Position numbers and translations under genes: made by a program. From the NCBI RefSeq assembly GCF_006345805.1, contig NC_042998.1, positions 92,566,001 through 92,630,000 on the forward strand: a stretch of 64,000 nucleotides of DNA. Direction: 5' to 3'. The stretch's first letter is position 1. Each line of letters starts with the position of its first letter. Of this stretch, positions 26,188 through 40,689 are shown one piece after another. A model generated the notes under the pieces. The model ran no database searches. It was not told where the DNA came from and saw only the letters and a list, made by a program, of their open reading frames with translations. Source of the DNA: Octopus sinensis. Taxonomy: Eukaryota.

Positions 26188-26757
26188 TCTTTTATTTGTT
26201 TCAGTCATTTGACTGTGGCCATGCTGAAGCACAGCCTTTAGTCAAACAAATCGACCCCAGGACTTATTCTTTGTAAGCCCAGTACTTATTCTATTGGGCT
26301 CTTCTGCAGAACTGCTAAATTACAGGGGCGTAAACACACTAACATTGGTTGTCAAGCAATGATGGGGGGGGGGCAATGTGACCGCGTGTGTACCGTTGGC
26401 GATTTTCTTTTCTCCGTCTTCCCTTCTCTGGATCTGTCCTTTTCTTATGTTTCCGACAAAGAGCTCCGCTCGAAACGTTAAACCCTCCTTCTTTCCTTCC
26501 TTCCTGAGCGTCCAATAATACTATATTTGTTCCACGTCCTCGTGTTGTGTTTTCTCTTTGTGTTTTCATGTTTGGATTAACTATATATATATATATATAC
26601 ATACATACACACAACAGGCTTTTTACAGTTTCCATCTACTAAATCCACTCACAAGGCTATAGTAGAAGACACTTGCCCAAGGTGCCACGCAGTGGGACTG
26701 AACCTGGACCCATGTGGTTGGTAAGCAAGCTACTTACCACACAGCCACTCCTGCACT
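26188..26757 (-). mobile_element. SINE family A interrupted by a PLE-derived fragment
   Basis: SINE halves 26188-26372 and 26612-26757. Confidence 0.8.
26375..26582 (+). mobile_element. PLE pLTR-like fragment with decayed hammerhead (26449-26483)
   Basis: GUUU-CcGACaA-A-GAGC ucc GCUC-GAAACGU-U-AAAC; two core substitutions. Confidence 0.55.
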
Positions 26758-27889
26758 TATATGCATGAACATATATATGCACATACATGTATGAATGCTT
26801 GTACATACATGTGTGTGTGTGTGTGTGTATGTGGTGTATTTACAAACAAGCATATGCACAAATGTGAATATGACAAAAATATATATAACTGTCTATCTAT
26901 TTCCTTTTCCTGATTTCTTTCTTCCTGTCTTCCATCCTCTTTCCTCTCTTTTTCCTCCTCACTTCTGCTTTTCTTTTCTTCCCTCCCTCACTCTCTCTTT
27001 TCCTACTTTCTCTCTCTTCATTTCTTAATCTGTCTGTCTGTCTCTCCAAAACTTCCTTCTTTCTCTTCCCCTTTTCCCCTCTCTCTGAATGGCTGACTTT
27101 TGGAGTTGTCATATAGAGGACAGATAACCACATTGTTCAACTAGTAGGAGGATCTGAGTGATTGACAGCATTCCAGATATCAACCATCCAGTTTTAGTCT
27201 TTGCTAAACCCAAGACTGCAGCTCCATCAGAGATACAAGTTGTGGAAAGACATACCTAACAAAGACCAACTACACCTTCACATTATGAAGGAATCTTTGT
27301 GGATGTTGCAGCCTCAGGGGCATGTCTACACATCAATATCCACAATATAGTGGATCAACTGTCCAGAGAGTGTCAACAGTAGATTGATTGCTTAATAAAT
27401 GGAACATGTTCTCCACAAGATTACCCCACCATCTTTCTTTAATTGTAAATGGCCAGTAGTTTTCCTCTTCCTGGTGAGTATAGGAAAAGAATAAGTGTGA
27501 TGGAAACAATTGAAAGAACTGAAGACTAATAGTTTCCTCTTTGGCCCTCAGAAGTTTTTTCAAGTTCTCCTTTGAAAGGAAGGTGAGTGGAGCTGCACGT
27601 GCTGTCCTCCAGTACATTTGTTAAAAGGCAAGGAGACAATAGCAAACATGGTACAAGTAAATGAGTCTACAGCCAATATATATACCTGAGCACCTACTCA
27701 TGGTCATCTCTGTAATCTTTAAAGAGCAACCTAGGCTCCTTCATCTTAAGTGGATCTTCTCTGAGAATTATATCACATATTTGTCTATTGTGTATACTTT
27801 TCTTTCTACCCACATTCCATTTCATTTTTTTTTTTTACCCGACTCCTATGTAAACTCCCACATCTATCTCTGTAATGTTCCCTCCATTG

Positions 27890-28175
27890 GTTACAATGAT
27901 GTGGGTCCCAGTTGATTCAATCAACAGAACAACCTGCTTGTGAAATTAACATGCAAGTGGCCAAGCACCCCAGACACAGTTCTTAGGGACATTCAGCATG
28001 ACAAAGAATGTTATAAAGCTGGCCCTTTGAAATATAGTACAACTTGTTTTTGCCAGCTGAGTGGACTAGGACAATGTGTCTTGCTCAAGGACATAATATG
28101 CTGCCAGGAACTGAACTCACACAACTGTATAATCATGACCTGAACACCCCAATCACTAAGCCAAATGCCTTCACT
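27890..28175 (-). mobile_element. tRNA/CORE SINE family C
   Basis: Minus strand GTGAAGGCATTTGGCTTAGTG...GAGTTCAGTTCC...GTCCTTGAGCAAGACAC. Confidence 0.6.
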
Positions 28176-29923
28176 TATCTAGTATCTTTGTGGCAAGTAA
28201 ATGAGATATTATTAATCATCATTGTCATTATCATCATTGTTATCATGATGATGGCGAGCAGGTATTTCTTCCACTGCTGAGTTCAAATACCACCAAGGTC
28301 AACTTTGCCTTTCATCCTTACAAGGTCAATAAAATAAAGCATAAGTCAAGCACCAGGGTCAATGTAATCACCTAAACCCTTCTTGCTAAAATTGAAAGCC
28401 TTGTGCCAAAATTTTATACTATTATTACTATTATTATTATTAAACAGAGTATCAGAAATACTACAGAGTCAATTTAACAGCTTTACTTTTGTTCATAGTT
28501 CAAATACTACAAGAAGGGGTTCAATTTTGTCATCCCTCTAGGATTGATAGACATAACTATCAGTCATGTACTGTATTCATATACTGCTATTTATTGCCTC
28601 ATATGCAATAACCAAAGTGAGAAGTCATTGTTATTACCATGATGAACTAGTAATTTAATTTTACTTATACTACATTCCTAACATCAGTTAATACTGGCTT
28701 TCCTTTACTTCACTGCAGGTACCACCACGGGACCTATATCAGTCATGGTTGACCAGGTAACTCCATTTGCAGGACTGAGGCAAGGTTTGCTTGCTTTTTT
28801 TTGGAGGAGGGTGTTTATGGAAAACTGGCAGTGATCTAAGAATACAAGTCTCCCTTTACTTCTTTACATTATGGATGCTGTCCAAGGGAAAGACCGACAC
28901 TTTAATGCCAATACAGTTTGGAACCAATGTACTTGTAGACATTGCTGCTAAAGCACAAATGGCCATAACAGATACTGGAGGGTATTTTGTCAGACATTAT
29001 CACAGTCCTACCAATTTTATGATTAGAGAAGACATTAAGAATAGGACATGTCAACAGTTCCAATCAAAATTCATAAAGGAAGCCATATCATATAAAGCTA
29101 AAATATTATTTTAACAAAAAATATTAGGATATGGCAGTGGCTGGATGATTAAGTTTGTTTCCTAACCATGTGGTCTTGGGTTCAGTCCCACTGCACAGCA
29201 CCATGGGCAAGTGTCTTCTACTATTGCCCCAGACTAACAAAACCCTTGTGAGTGGATTATTTGGTAAACAGAAACTGAAAGAATCCCATTATATATTTAT
29301 CTATCTTTCTATACACACACATACACACAGGGTGGGTCAAAGGTCATAAAACAAGATTAAAACTCACACCTTGGAATTGACAAAGACATGCTTCAATAAG
29401 TTGAATAAAATAAATTAAATAATGACAAATACACACATACTTGTACATGAATAATAATGATGATAATAATAATAATAATAATACGAGCACTCAGAGAACG
29501 TAAACCTCTGCCAACACAACACCCACGTCCTCTCAACAATTCGTCAGAGATGATTTTTAAAATGAGAATATCTGAAATAAACTCGACTGCTCTCACAAAT
29601 GAAAATACTAAAAATGAACCCGCCCACTCTCAAAATTTAAGTAAAAAAAAAAACAGAAAAATAACCCAATAGTAGTCATGGAATGTGAAGGTGGGTGTAG
29701 AAAATTTAGTAACAGTATTAAATAGTTTATCCTTATTTAATACAAGCCAAAGTTAACAAGTTCACCATTCAACATAGTTTCAAAGGTGGAGGTACTAATA
29801 AGTTCTACTCAGGAATTTTTAAATGAATAGCACAAGGCCTTTTGGTTTTCTCTTCTCTTGAATTCTGGCCTTCCTTTAGTATTCTTGTTGTTTTAGATTG
29901 ATATTTAGATGTATATATATATG

Positions 29924-29963
<40 letters not shown>

Positions 29964-29966
<3 letters not shown>

Positions 29967-30140
29967 GGGTTGGATGAAATAATGGAAGCACCTAGCATCA
30001 TAGCATCACAATTTTGAAATATCTATAAAACCGTCAAAAGCTTGTTTTTTGATTTATTATTAGTGTTCCTTAATATGTTTTGCTAAAATTACTGTTTCTT
30101 TTCAGATATCATCAGAAAAAGGTAATGATAATAATAATCA
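29964..30140 (+). mobile_element. Tc1/mariner-like terminal fragment
   Basis: TA|CAGGGGTTGGATGAAATAATGGAAGCACC start inside a (TA)n tract; partner TIR absent. Confidence 0.4.
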
Positions 30141-30719
30141 ACATCATTTAACATCCGTGTTCCATGCTAGCATGGGTGGACCGGTACCACAACTGTCAGC
30201 CAGGCCCAAGCCTGCACCAGTCTTCTGTGACTGTTTTGGCAGGATTTTTATAGCTGAATGCCCTTCATAACACCAACAGTTCAACAGAGTGGACTTAGTG
30301 CTTTTTATGTAGTACAAGCACAGGAGAGGTGAGTAGTGCTTTTTACATGGCACAAGCACAGGCAAGGTTTTTACAGCTGGAATCCCTTCCGAACACCAAC
30401 CACTTTACAGTAATAATAATCCTTTCTCATAACAATTCTTTTATAATAATCCTTTCTATTGGAAGACAAGACCTCAATTTTGGGGGAAGGGATCAATTCG
30501 ATTACATCAACCCCAGTGCGTAACTGGTACTTATTTAATTGACCAAGAAAGAATGAAAGGCAAAGTCGACCTCAGTGGAATTTGAACTCAGAATATAGCG
30601 GTAGACAAAATACTGCAAAGCATTTTGCCCAGTGTACTAACAATTCTGCCAGCTCAGTGCCTTAATAACAATAATAATAGCAGTAGTTTCAAATTTTTCT
30701 ACCAGGGCAGCCTGAAAAA

Positions 30720-31790
30720 CAATAGCCTGGGCAAAGTTCAGACACTCCTACTCTTGCTCAGAGTGAAAGGTAGACTGTATGATGCATGTGTGCGAACAGC
30801 CATGCTACATGGCAGTGAAACAACGGCTGTGACTGCTGAGGACATGCGTAGGTTCGAAAGAAATGAAGCTAGTATGCTCCACTGGATGTGTAATGTCAGT
30901 GTGCTTACACAACAGAGTGTAAGCGCCCTGAGAGAAAGGTAGGACATAAGAAGCTTCAGGTGTGGTGTGCAAGAGAGATGACTGTGCTGATATGGTTATG
31001 TATGGATGAGGACAGCTGTGTAAAGAAGTGCCATTCTCTAACTGTGGAAGGAACCTGTGGAAGAGGTAGACCCAGGAAGACCTGGGATGAGGTGGTTAAG
31101 CACGACCTTCGAATGTTGGGCTTTGCTGAGGCAATGACTGAGCCCTTTGGAGATGTGCTGTGCTTGAGTGAGAAGACCCGGCCAGTTAAGTGAGATAGTA
31201 GCTATGGCTTATGCCAGTGTCGCATAACCAGCCCATTTAAGAGTTCCCTTCAATCGTCGGGCAATGTGCTGTGCCTGAGAAGACCTATTGAGTCAAGTAA
31301 AATCGCTGTTGTGCTAATACCACCTGACAAGCACCCTTGCCATTGGCATGTATAAAGTACCATATAATCATGGTCGATGCCAGTGCCACCAGACTAGCTC
31401 CCCTGCTGGTAGCACCATATGAGTGTGGTCAAAGCCAGTGCCGTTTGACTGGTTCCCATGCTGGTGGCATGTAAAAAGTACCATTCAAGCATGGCTGATG
31501 CCAGTACCATCTGACTGGCTCCAGTGCGAGTGGCATGTAAAAAGCACCATTCAAGCATGGTCGATGCCAGTGCTGCCTGACTGGCTACCATGCCGGTGGC
31601 ACGTAAAAAGCAGCCAATACACTCTCAGCGTGGTTGGCATTAGGAAGGGCATCCAGCAGTAGAAACCTTGCCAGATCAGATCAGATTGGAGCCTGGTGAA
31701 GCCACCTGACTTGCCAGTCCTCAGTCAAATCGTCCAACCCATTCCAACATGGAAAATGGACGTTAAAAGACAATGATTATGATGATGAAT
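30720..31790 (+). mobile_element. RTE-clade LINE 3' fragment (longest copy)
   Basis: LRVKGRLYDACVRTAMLHGSET..RRFERNEASMLHWMC..GRGRPRKTWDEVVKHDL; tandem array 31320-31615; (GAT)n-like tail. Confidence 0.9.
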
Positions 31791-32117
31791 AACAACAAAA
31801 TATAAAAAATGTCAAAAATATTGGTGCATGACTTTTGGCCCACTGTGTGTGTGTGTGTGTGTGTGTGCGCGTGCACATGTATCTTGATATCATGTGATGG
31901 ATGTAAACAAGCTTTATCGTCGTTTCCAGTCTTCATGGGAGACACATCTGGCTCTAGAGAGATATTACTTTATGCAGAAATGGGAGAGTTGGCAACAGGA
32001 AGGGCATCCTGCTATAGAAAATCTGCTTCAATAAATTCCATTTCACTCATGTAAGCAACGAAAAGTGAACACTAAATATATGATGCATACACATTATGTA
32101 CATAAATATATAGAGAG

Positions 32118-32295
32118 AAAGTAAAGATTATTTGCCAACATAATGTGGCAGTCCTAGTTAGAATGATTGTTACAGTTATTTAACTCCAGGAAACATCATC
32201 ACCAGTTGGCTATATGATGTTTCCTGGGGCTAAATAACAGTAACAACCCTCCTAACCAGGACTGCCACATTATTTTGGCAAATAATCTTTACTTT
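32118..32295. repeat. Long inverted repeat (foldback/MITE-like), ~82 bp arms
   Basis: AAAGTAAAGATTATTTGCCAA...AGGAAACATCAT, loop CACCAGTTGGCTAT, ATGATGTTTCCT...TTGGCAAATAATCTTTACTTT. Confidence 0.9.
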
Positions 32296-32359
32296 AGAAT
32301 ACTGTTACTGAATGTTTCTCATTCAGAGATTTAGAAATAATGATTATATATATATATAT

Positions 32360-32500
32360 ATTCTCTCCTTTTTTCTCTCCTTGTTTTTTTCTGTGTCCCT
32401 TTCCATAGAAGAGCGTAGGCTCGAAACGTAAAAGACTTTTTCTATTCCTGAGCATTATACCAATACATCTGTTTGTTTTGTACACCATCTGTCTCTATAT
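32360..32500 (+). mobile_element. PLE pLTR-like fragment with decayed hammerhead (32399-32434)
   Basis: CUUU-ccauAGA-A-GAGC guag GCUC-GAAACGU-A-AAAG; related to 26449-26483. Confidence 0.5.
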
Positions 32501-32509
32501 ATAAACTCT

Positions 32510-32569
<60 letters not shown>

Positions 32570-33191
32570 AATTAGACTGGAGTCTGGTGCAGCCTTCCAG
32601 CTTGCCAGCCCTGGTCAAACTGTCCAACCCATGCCAGCATGAACAATGGACATTAAATGATGATGATGATATATATAATGTATATATAAACATTTTATGT
32701 GTTATATATCTAAAATAAATAATTTATTTTATTAGTGGGACGGGTTTTTTAATTATCATTGTGTGAAATGAATAACATAAAGTTTGCTATAAAAGTATTT
32801 TGGAGGAAGAAAAAAACCCCATCAGAATTACAAAGTAAATCATTTATGTGCTACATTTTAGTATAAAAATTAATCAATATTATATTAATAAACTCTTTTT
32901 CATTTAAAATCTTTGTTTTACTGCCATCATCATCATTTTAATGTGCACTTTTCCATGCTTTCATGAGTCACATGAGATTCATTGAAACAGATTTTTCTAC
33001 AGCAAGATGATCTTTCTGTCACCAACTCTCACAAGTTCCCAAACCTGAACAGCACAACGGTTGTACAGTTTTTACAAAAGATTGCAAATGAATGACAACA
33101 CCTCTATGACAGGAACATTTGTTTATAATTAGTGCACAATGGACATGCATACACACACACACACACATTTACACATAACAAACATATGTAT

Positions 33192-33580
33192 ATTCTTTTA
33201 TTCTTTTACTTGTTTCAGTCATTTGACGGTGGCCATGCTGGAGCACTGTTTTTAGTCAAACAAATAGACGCCATGGACTTATTCTTTGTAAGCCTAGTAC
33301 TTATTCTATTGGTCTGTTTTGCCAAACCGCTAAGTTACGGAGATAAAAACACACCGACATCAATTGTCAAGCAATGGTGGGAGGACAAACACAGACACAC
33401 AAACATACACATGTACACACATACACACATATATATACATATATGACGGGCTTCTTTCAGCTTCTGCCTACGAAATCCACCCACAAGGCTTTGGTTGGCC
33501 CAAGGCTATAGTAGAAGACACCTGCCCAAGGTGCCACGCAGTGGGACTGAACCCGGAACCATGTAATTGGGAAACAAGCT
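33192..33580 (-). mobile_element. SINE family A
   Basis: Near full-length match to the family consensus. Confidence 0.85.
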
Positions 33581-35507
33581 AATAATCTACTTCAAGTTTT
33601 GCCCTGGGATGGTCTACTCATAACAATGTGTTATGCACACACACACACACACATATACATGAATGCAAATACATACAAATGATGAATTTATTTTCAGTAT
33701 GCATTAACTAAATCCATTCACAAGACTTTGGTCAGTATGAAGCTACAAGAGTGTACACTTTTCCAAGGTATCACAGAGTGAGACTGAACTCAAAACCTTG
33801 TGGCTGCAAGAACACTTCTTAACCACATAACCATGCCTACCACAAATTTGATATTTCACTTTGATTATCACAAGCTTACACCACCATAATGATTATAAGT
33901 TCGATGATAATGATTATGATGGTGTATATACATTATATATACTTTATATAAAAGTATGATTACAATGGGAATGGTATATAAAATGAAGCCAATTAATTGA
34001 AAAACTGTAAATACATTTCAAATGAAATCTCTGTCCTACAGCCTAAAGTTTGGCAGCTTCATTTTTTAAATATATAAGTATTTATAAGTCAAAGTTTAAT
34101 CTTTAAAAGAATATACAACATTAGATATAAAAATAAAAGTATTTACGAATTAATTTAGTTTTGTTTATTTATATATTTTTTTCCTTTCTGTCCAATATGA
34201 CTCACAGAATTTAATGAAGATCTATTCACTAATTCCAGCTCATGCTGAGATATTTTGTTGTTCCAACTGACAGAGTAAAGCAATTATCAGGAAACAGTGA
34301 GAAAACATCAATATTTTATTATTTACCAAAGATTAGGAAATTATTGTGCATTTATAATCTTTTACCGTTTCTTGAGCAATCACAAACAACAAGCAAAATT
34401 ACAGCTAAAAAGAGACAAAGCCATCAATTAATTAAACATATAGCTTAAATATGCAAAGTAGTTTCTCTGCACACTTTTATAATGTATGGAAACAAGGTTC
34501 AATGCATTTACATAGCTCACACTTCATTTACTACCTATGTATTCATTTTTAAACAATATCATCTATTCTTAAAAATAATAGCTTTGAATATTTTAGATAT
34601 TTATTCAATATTTATTGATAACATTATTTCTTATTATACTGACATAGACAGACAGCCATAATTGAAAATTTTAAAACTGTTGCCACTGTTTCTTTATAAA
34701 ATGTAGTTTTAATTAATTCTCCAAATTGTATTAGATCAGCTATCATATGTAGATGTTCTCTGTAAGAAAGTCTTCTAAGTGTGTTTTCATATAGTTGCTT
34801 TATTCAAGTCATTGACTAAACTTGCAGGCTCTTCTATCAATTAGCATACATAATGCTCACGTCCACGGTTGACTTAGAAATAATGGATAGCAGCTCAAAA
34901 TGAAACTTCTGTACATTTCATGCTTAGAAAGAAATGATACAGTTCTTCATGTCATGACAGAATATATTTAGTAGAAAGCTAAACAATTATGCAACACTAA
35001 GATAGGAAAGTAAGATTCTTGAAACCACAACAAAAAGTAATACAAATAACACAAATAGTCAAGTATCAAGCAAAAGTATAAAAAAAAAGACTAAAGTCAT
35101 TCTATCAAAGTCAGAATGACTGATTGTCAATAACTAGTTGATTCGGTTAGTCAATTGACAATGATGCTCATACTTAGATCAGTCTGGCACTTTTATGCAA
35201 CTATTGGTGATATTGTTCAGACTGCATTGAATTTCCAATCATTACTTTTATGTCTTTGTTATATATTCATTCTTCCTTTCGTTTTACTTGCAGCCATTAT
35301 TCAAGATATTGGTTGAGTTTTAAAGAATTTAAAGACAAGCAACAAGTGCAGTGACAAAGTGGTATGAGTGTCTAATAAATCATCAAAAGGTTATCATTCC
35401 AAAATGTATTACAGATGCTGAATGGTGTTGTTGGACAATGGGGCCTTAAACAATTTGCTTTAGTTTTAGCAAACTAAAAACAGTTACCATTTACATTAAA
35501 CAGATAA

Positions 35508-35780
35508 AAAGAGTAGAGTGAATTTGCTGCGAGGAGTGGAAAATTAAATGTTTGGACTCAGTACTTCTTCAGGGAAAAAGTTGAAAGGTTAGAAATTAAT
35601 AGGAGTAAACAGAATCAAACAAAAAAAGAAAAAAGAAAAAAAAAAGAAGAAAAACCCCTTGTTATAAAACTCTGGTGTGTCTTGTTAATTTCTCTCTCCT
35701 TTCAACTTTTCTCCTGAGGAAGTACTGTGTCCGAAACATAAGACCTTTCCCACTTCTCACAGCAAATTCACTGTACTCTT
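35508..35780. mobile_element. Inverted pair (~100 bp arms) of hammerhead-like PLE termini
   Basis: 35508-35605 is the approximate reverse complement of 35678-35780. Right arm has CTGAGGA-AGTACTGTGTCC-GAAACATA. Confidence 0.65.
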
Positions 35781-36799
35781 ATTGATTTTACTACATAGTA
35801 TGTCTTGCCAACTCAGAACAATACCAATCTCATTGGAAACTGTTTGATCATATCACTTATGTTATGTGTAAGATTTTCTATTTAGAATTTACAATAAAAC
35901 AGGTGTTTTAACATTTCAGACATACAGATCAGTTTGCATAAACACCTAGTTGTGTTAATTTAAAATAAAATGAATATGTTTCTATGTTTTACTTGGTTCA
36001 ACACAACCATTTTATAATGACCAGCAATAAGAAATCTCTGATACTATTCCGATATGTTTAATTTCTGCTTCTAATTAAATGCTTTGATAAACATTTCTCT
36101 AAGGGTAGCATTAAATTTTATTACTTTTGTTACCATATCTCTATTGAAATACACTGTTTGTGTTTTAGATAATTATAGAAAAAATAGGTGCAGGTGTATT
36201 TGAGTGCTTAGCAAGGTTGTTTCCCAACCATGTGGTTTCAAATTCAATTCTACTCTGCAATACCATGGCCAAGTGTTTACTACTACATTTCTGGGTTGAC
36301 CAAAGCCTTCTGACTAGATTTGGTAGATGGAAACTGAAAGAAGCTCACCATGCAGATATGTGGCACGTAAAAAGCACCCACTACACTCACGGAGTGGTTG
36401 GCGTTAGGAAGGGCATCCAGCCGCAGAAACACTGCCAGATCTGACTGGGCTTGATGAAGCCTTCCAGCTTCACAGACCCCTGTTGAACCATCCAACCCAT
36501 GCTAGCATGGAAAACGGACGCTAAATGATGATGATGATGATGATGATGATATAGGTTTGTGTGTGCGTGTTGTGTGACATGGACCAGTTTTAGTATGAGA
36601 GAACAGTTGATAAAAGATGAAAAACTAGTAATATATAGTACTGTAAAAGCAATTAATTTAATGTCCCCAATAGATTAATATGACATAGCATCTATTTATG
36701 AATTAGAATAGTAAAATAAAGATTGAAGCAATATTTAATACTTATATAAACTCAATATTTTAAATAATTCAGAGTTAAGATTGTAACATCTTCACTATT

Positions 36800-38090
36800 G
36801 AAAAATCTGTCATTATGTTTATCAACAGAAGAGATGTAATACAAAGAGAAGCCTGGGGCTGGAATTCTACAGCTGTTGCAGTAAAATATATGATATTTCT
36901 TAAGAAATGCCATATTCCTTGCAATGAAATTTGCTTAAGCATTTCCAGATTTGAATTTTTATTTAGGTATATTTCTAAAACATGACAGTATCTAATAAAA
37001 AAAGGTGTCGATAATGTTTGTAGACATATCCAAACAAACAAAGTCAATATGGTAGCTGTTTTAACTAGAACATATGTCTATCGGTTGGTGGCCATGGGGA
37101 AGAATTTCAGAGAATTACAGAAGCAATGAATATACTGTTTACTATGATATAAGTGATTAGATGTAGAGAAGTAAGTACACGGAGTGTTGGTTTAAAAGAG
37201 AAAGATACTTTGTAATAGAGTAAGAACTGAGCAGGCTGATTATTTAGCAGTTGCAGGATTTTTGTAATGGCAGTTTCCTTATCAACCAGGTGAAGGGTTT
37301 TTGAATTCAACATAAAAATGATTACCAGCTGTTGTTCTCCTACCCCTGATGTATGAGCAGTACTCTAAAAATGGTTATACAATTTGTTACAGAGAGTTAG
37401 CAACTATGAGCACTGTAGTATTCTGTGAGTGTATGTGACATTTTGGCACTACCGAGTTGACACTGACTGATTTGAGATCAGACGTTTTAATGTCTCTCTT
37501 TGTGTGTGTGTGTGTGTGTGTGTGCGCGTTTGCTTCCAGTACCAAAAAGTACTATTACCAAAACAGGTTGCACCCTACTGTCTCATCCCATTTTATGATG
37601 CTACAAGTGAAGTTTAGAGTTTGAGATGCAGGTTTGGCAGTGTGGTTGCCATGAAAGGTTACTACAGGCTGTGAAGATTAGCATTTGTAAAAATTTGTGC
37701 CATTTTCAGTTAGCTGTAGGTAGAAAAGGTACTGAGATGTAAATGTTTCCACTACAGGTGTATTGACTATATATATTGGTGTTGCCAAATGCAGTTTTGT
37801 TATCTTTATTAGAAGATGTATTAAAGGTTTCTGTTCTAGAAAGTAGCTGGTACATGTCTGACATGAGATGTCAACAATACATGTGGATGATGTTTGTGTG
37901 TTGAGGTTTTAAGTAAGAATAAGGAATGATATAACTTGCATGTGAATGTATTTTGTTCAAAGAGTAATTGTGAGTAGATCATTGAAATGAAGAGGAATGA
38001 ATGTTACAGCTAAACTTCTTTGGGATTTGAGCCCCATTTTAAGGGTTAATGTCCACTTGGGATTTAAAGCTTTGTATTCTGCATGGTGGC
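36800..38090 (-). mobile_element. Possible very old non-LTR retrotransposon remnant
   Basis: Only faint similarity to RT (G..Q..L...F...FNDLL) and restriction-like endonuclease (PD..) motifs; needs tblastn. Confidence 0.2.
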
Positions 38091-38654
38091 CTTACTATTG
38101 TTGGTGATTTGAAAAGAACATCTAGTATATGCTGTAAAGTGGTTGGTGTTAGGAAAGGCACCCAGCCATGAAGACAATGCTAAAGTAGACACTGGAGCTC
38201 TATGCAGTCGTTGGGCTCATTAGATCCTGTCAAACCATCCTACCCATGCCAGCATGGAACATGAATGATAAATGATGATAGAGATGATAACTGTTTCTTT
38301 TACACATAGATGAACTTAACTGAGATGAATTTATGCTGGGACCTATACAAAATGATGGATGAGCAGCAAGTAAAAGTGATTAACCTAAGTAACTTGAAGT
38401 GAAAAAGTAAGAATTATACAAGTGTTGTACTCCTGGTGTTTAGCTAACATAGAAGAGGCAATCTCTTCTGCAGTGGACCCCTGGTGGTTAGCTAAAACAG
38501 AGAAGACAATCTCTTCTAGATTAAGCTAAGTAAGAAAGTTTGAAATGTAAAATCAAAGAGAAGGTGTACAGAATATACACATTCAATATTTCTTTTTCCA
38601 ACATACAACTACACCTGCACATACCCTTAACAGCACAACTACACCTGCACCTAT

Positions 38655-39168
38655 CCTTGAGGCAAGTGAAATCGAAATAAAATTCGAATACAGCACTGCA
38701 TGACCGGCATCCATGCAAGTGGAGTGCTAAGAGCACCATCTGAGCATGATCGTTGCCAGGGCTGCTGACTGGCCCCTGTGCCGGTGGCACATAAAAAGCA
38801 TCATTCGAGCATGATCATTACCAGCGTCGCCTTCCTAGCACTTGTGCCAGTGGCACGAGAAAACAACATTTGAGCAAGGTCGTTGTCAGTGCAGCTGGAC
38901 TGGCTCCTGTGCAGGTGACATGTAAAAAAACACCATTTGAACGTGGCCATTGCCAGTACCGCCTAACTGGCCCTCATGCCAGTGGCACATAAAAGCACCC
39001 ACTACACTCTCAGAGTGGTTGGCATTAGGAAGGGCATCCAGCTGTAGAAACTCTGCCAAATGAGATTGGAGGCTGGTGCAGCCATCTTGCTCACAAGTCC
39101 CCAGTCAAACTGTCCAACCCATGCTAGCATGGAAAGTGGACGTTAAACGATGATGATGATGATGATGA
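38655..39168 (+). mobile_element. RTE 3' UTR copy with ~5 tandem units and (GAT)n tail
   Basis: Collinear with 4480-5055. Confidence 0.85.
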
Positions 39169-40092
39169 AAATGAAAACTAAATAGACAAAACAAAAACTC
39201 TTTAGGTTTTGAGTTACGTCTTAGAACTACTCATTTAATAACTATAATATACTCATTATAAGTAAATATTTATCAGGATTTAAAGAATACCAAATACAGT
39301 ATGATTTCAGTAGAGGTAAACTGCATTATATTGATACATTGACTTTTTTGATACACACACACGCATACGTACGTCTGTATGTATGTGTGTATGCATGTAT
39401 GTATGTATGTATCCCTATTGCAGAAACCTATAATAGATGGTTTTTTACTATTCAATCAATATAGCCATTTTACACTGCATAGTTTTTTAAGCTTCTTCAT
39501 ATAAGAAAAAGAAAAAAAAAAAGAAAAAAATCCATTTTGACATCAGCAGGAATATCAATACAATCTGAAGCACCTGAACAAATAGGTTTTTTTTACTTTT
39601 TGTTTTATATTTTATTGTTTTTTTTGTTTTTTCTTTTCCTTTCTTTCTTTTTTTTTTGTCTCTGAGCTAAATTATATATATTTAAAATTTATTCAAGACT
39701 CACACAGCTTCTGAACTTGAGTACATTGAACAATATTTATTTATAAAGCACTTCAAACATATATTACATAATACACACACATACATATGCATTCACATGC
39801 ACACAGATACATACACACATTCTCACACACACACATTCATTTGTTGTTGTTTTTTTTTTTGTGGGCATAGGGTTTCTGTTCCATGCTTGCATGGGTTATA
39901 GAAATATGTTATTGAGGTACTGCTTTCAGTCAGATGCTCTTCCTGTCATTAACCCTTAATTGTTTTTCAAGTAAGAGATCCCTTATTCTATATGATACTG
40001 AAGGCACAAAGTGAGTGATCAATTTGACATGAGAACTGATAACACCACCACCCATATGTCATGATTATCATAGAAGCAAGCAAGATGTAAAC

Positions 40093-40389
40093 CATAGGTT
40101 TTCAAAGTGGGCACTACAGCGGTGGGTTTTGAGACAGTCCAGGTCGGCACTGATGCCTAAGAGGGTGGTAGAGAAAAAAGGTGGTGTTGGGAAGAAGGCA
40201 GTAAATTAGGGGTCACTATGAATTATACTATTGTATACAAATTATATAACATTATATTAAATATCAAATGATTCATAGTATACATAAATTAGTAAAATAT
40301 ATATTTATTTATACATAAAAGTAGGGGTGGGGGCGCTGAGAGTATTATGGCTATGAGGGAGGGTGGCCCAAAAAGTCTGAGAACCTCTG
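40093..40389. mobile_element. hAT-type MITE
   Basis: Imperfect TIRs CATAGGTTTTCA / TGAGAACCTCTG, perfect 8-bp TSD ATGTAAAC. Confidence 0.85.
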
Positions 40390-40454
40390 ATGTAAACACA
40401 TACATACACACACATTTATATAGACGGACACATTACATATACATACATCAGTGC

Positions 40455-40508
<54 letters not shown>

Positions 40509-40689
40509 ATTAGCTAGTTTCAGTCACTAGATTCAATTGGGCACAATTTTCAAAGGATAGTCGAGCATATTAGATAGCAGTACTGACTTCAGTCAGGTAT
40601 TCAGCTTATGACTTTCTATTTGTCAAACATTCAAGTTATGAAGTACAACATAGACACAACCAGATTTTAAATAGGTGTATACTTAAACA

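Noticed and set aside
27140-27700. Possible L1/Tx1 remnant
   Set aside because: Complex sequence, but no motif could be read with confidence.
35094-35162. Two small adjacent hairpins
   Set aside because: Stems of about 9 bp in AT-rich DNA, expected by chance.
38432-38650. Short local tandem duplications (~48 bp and ~31 bp)
   Set aside because: Two-copy slippage duplications with no further structure.
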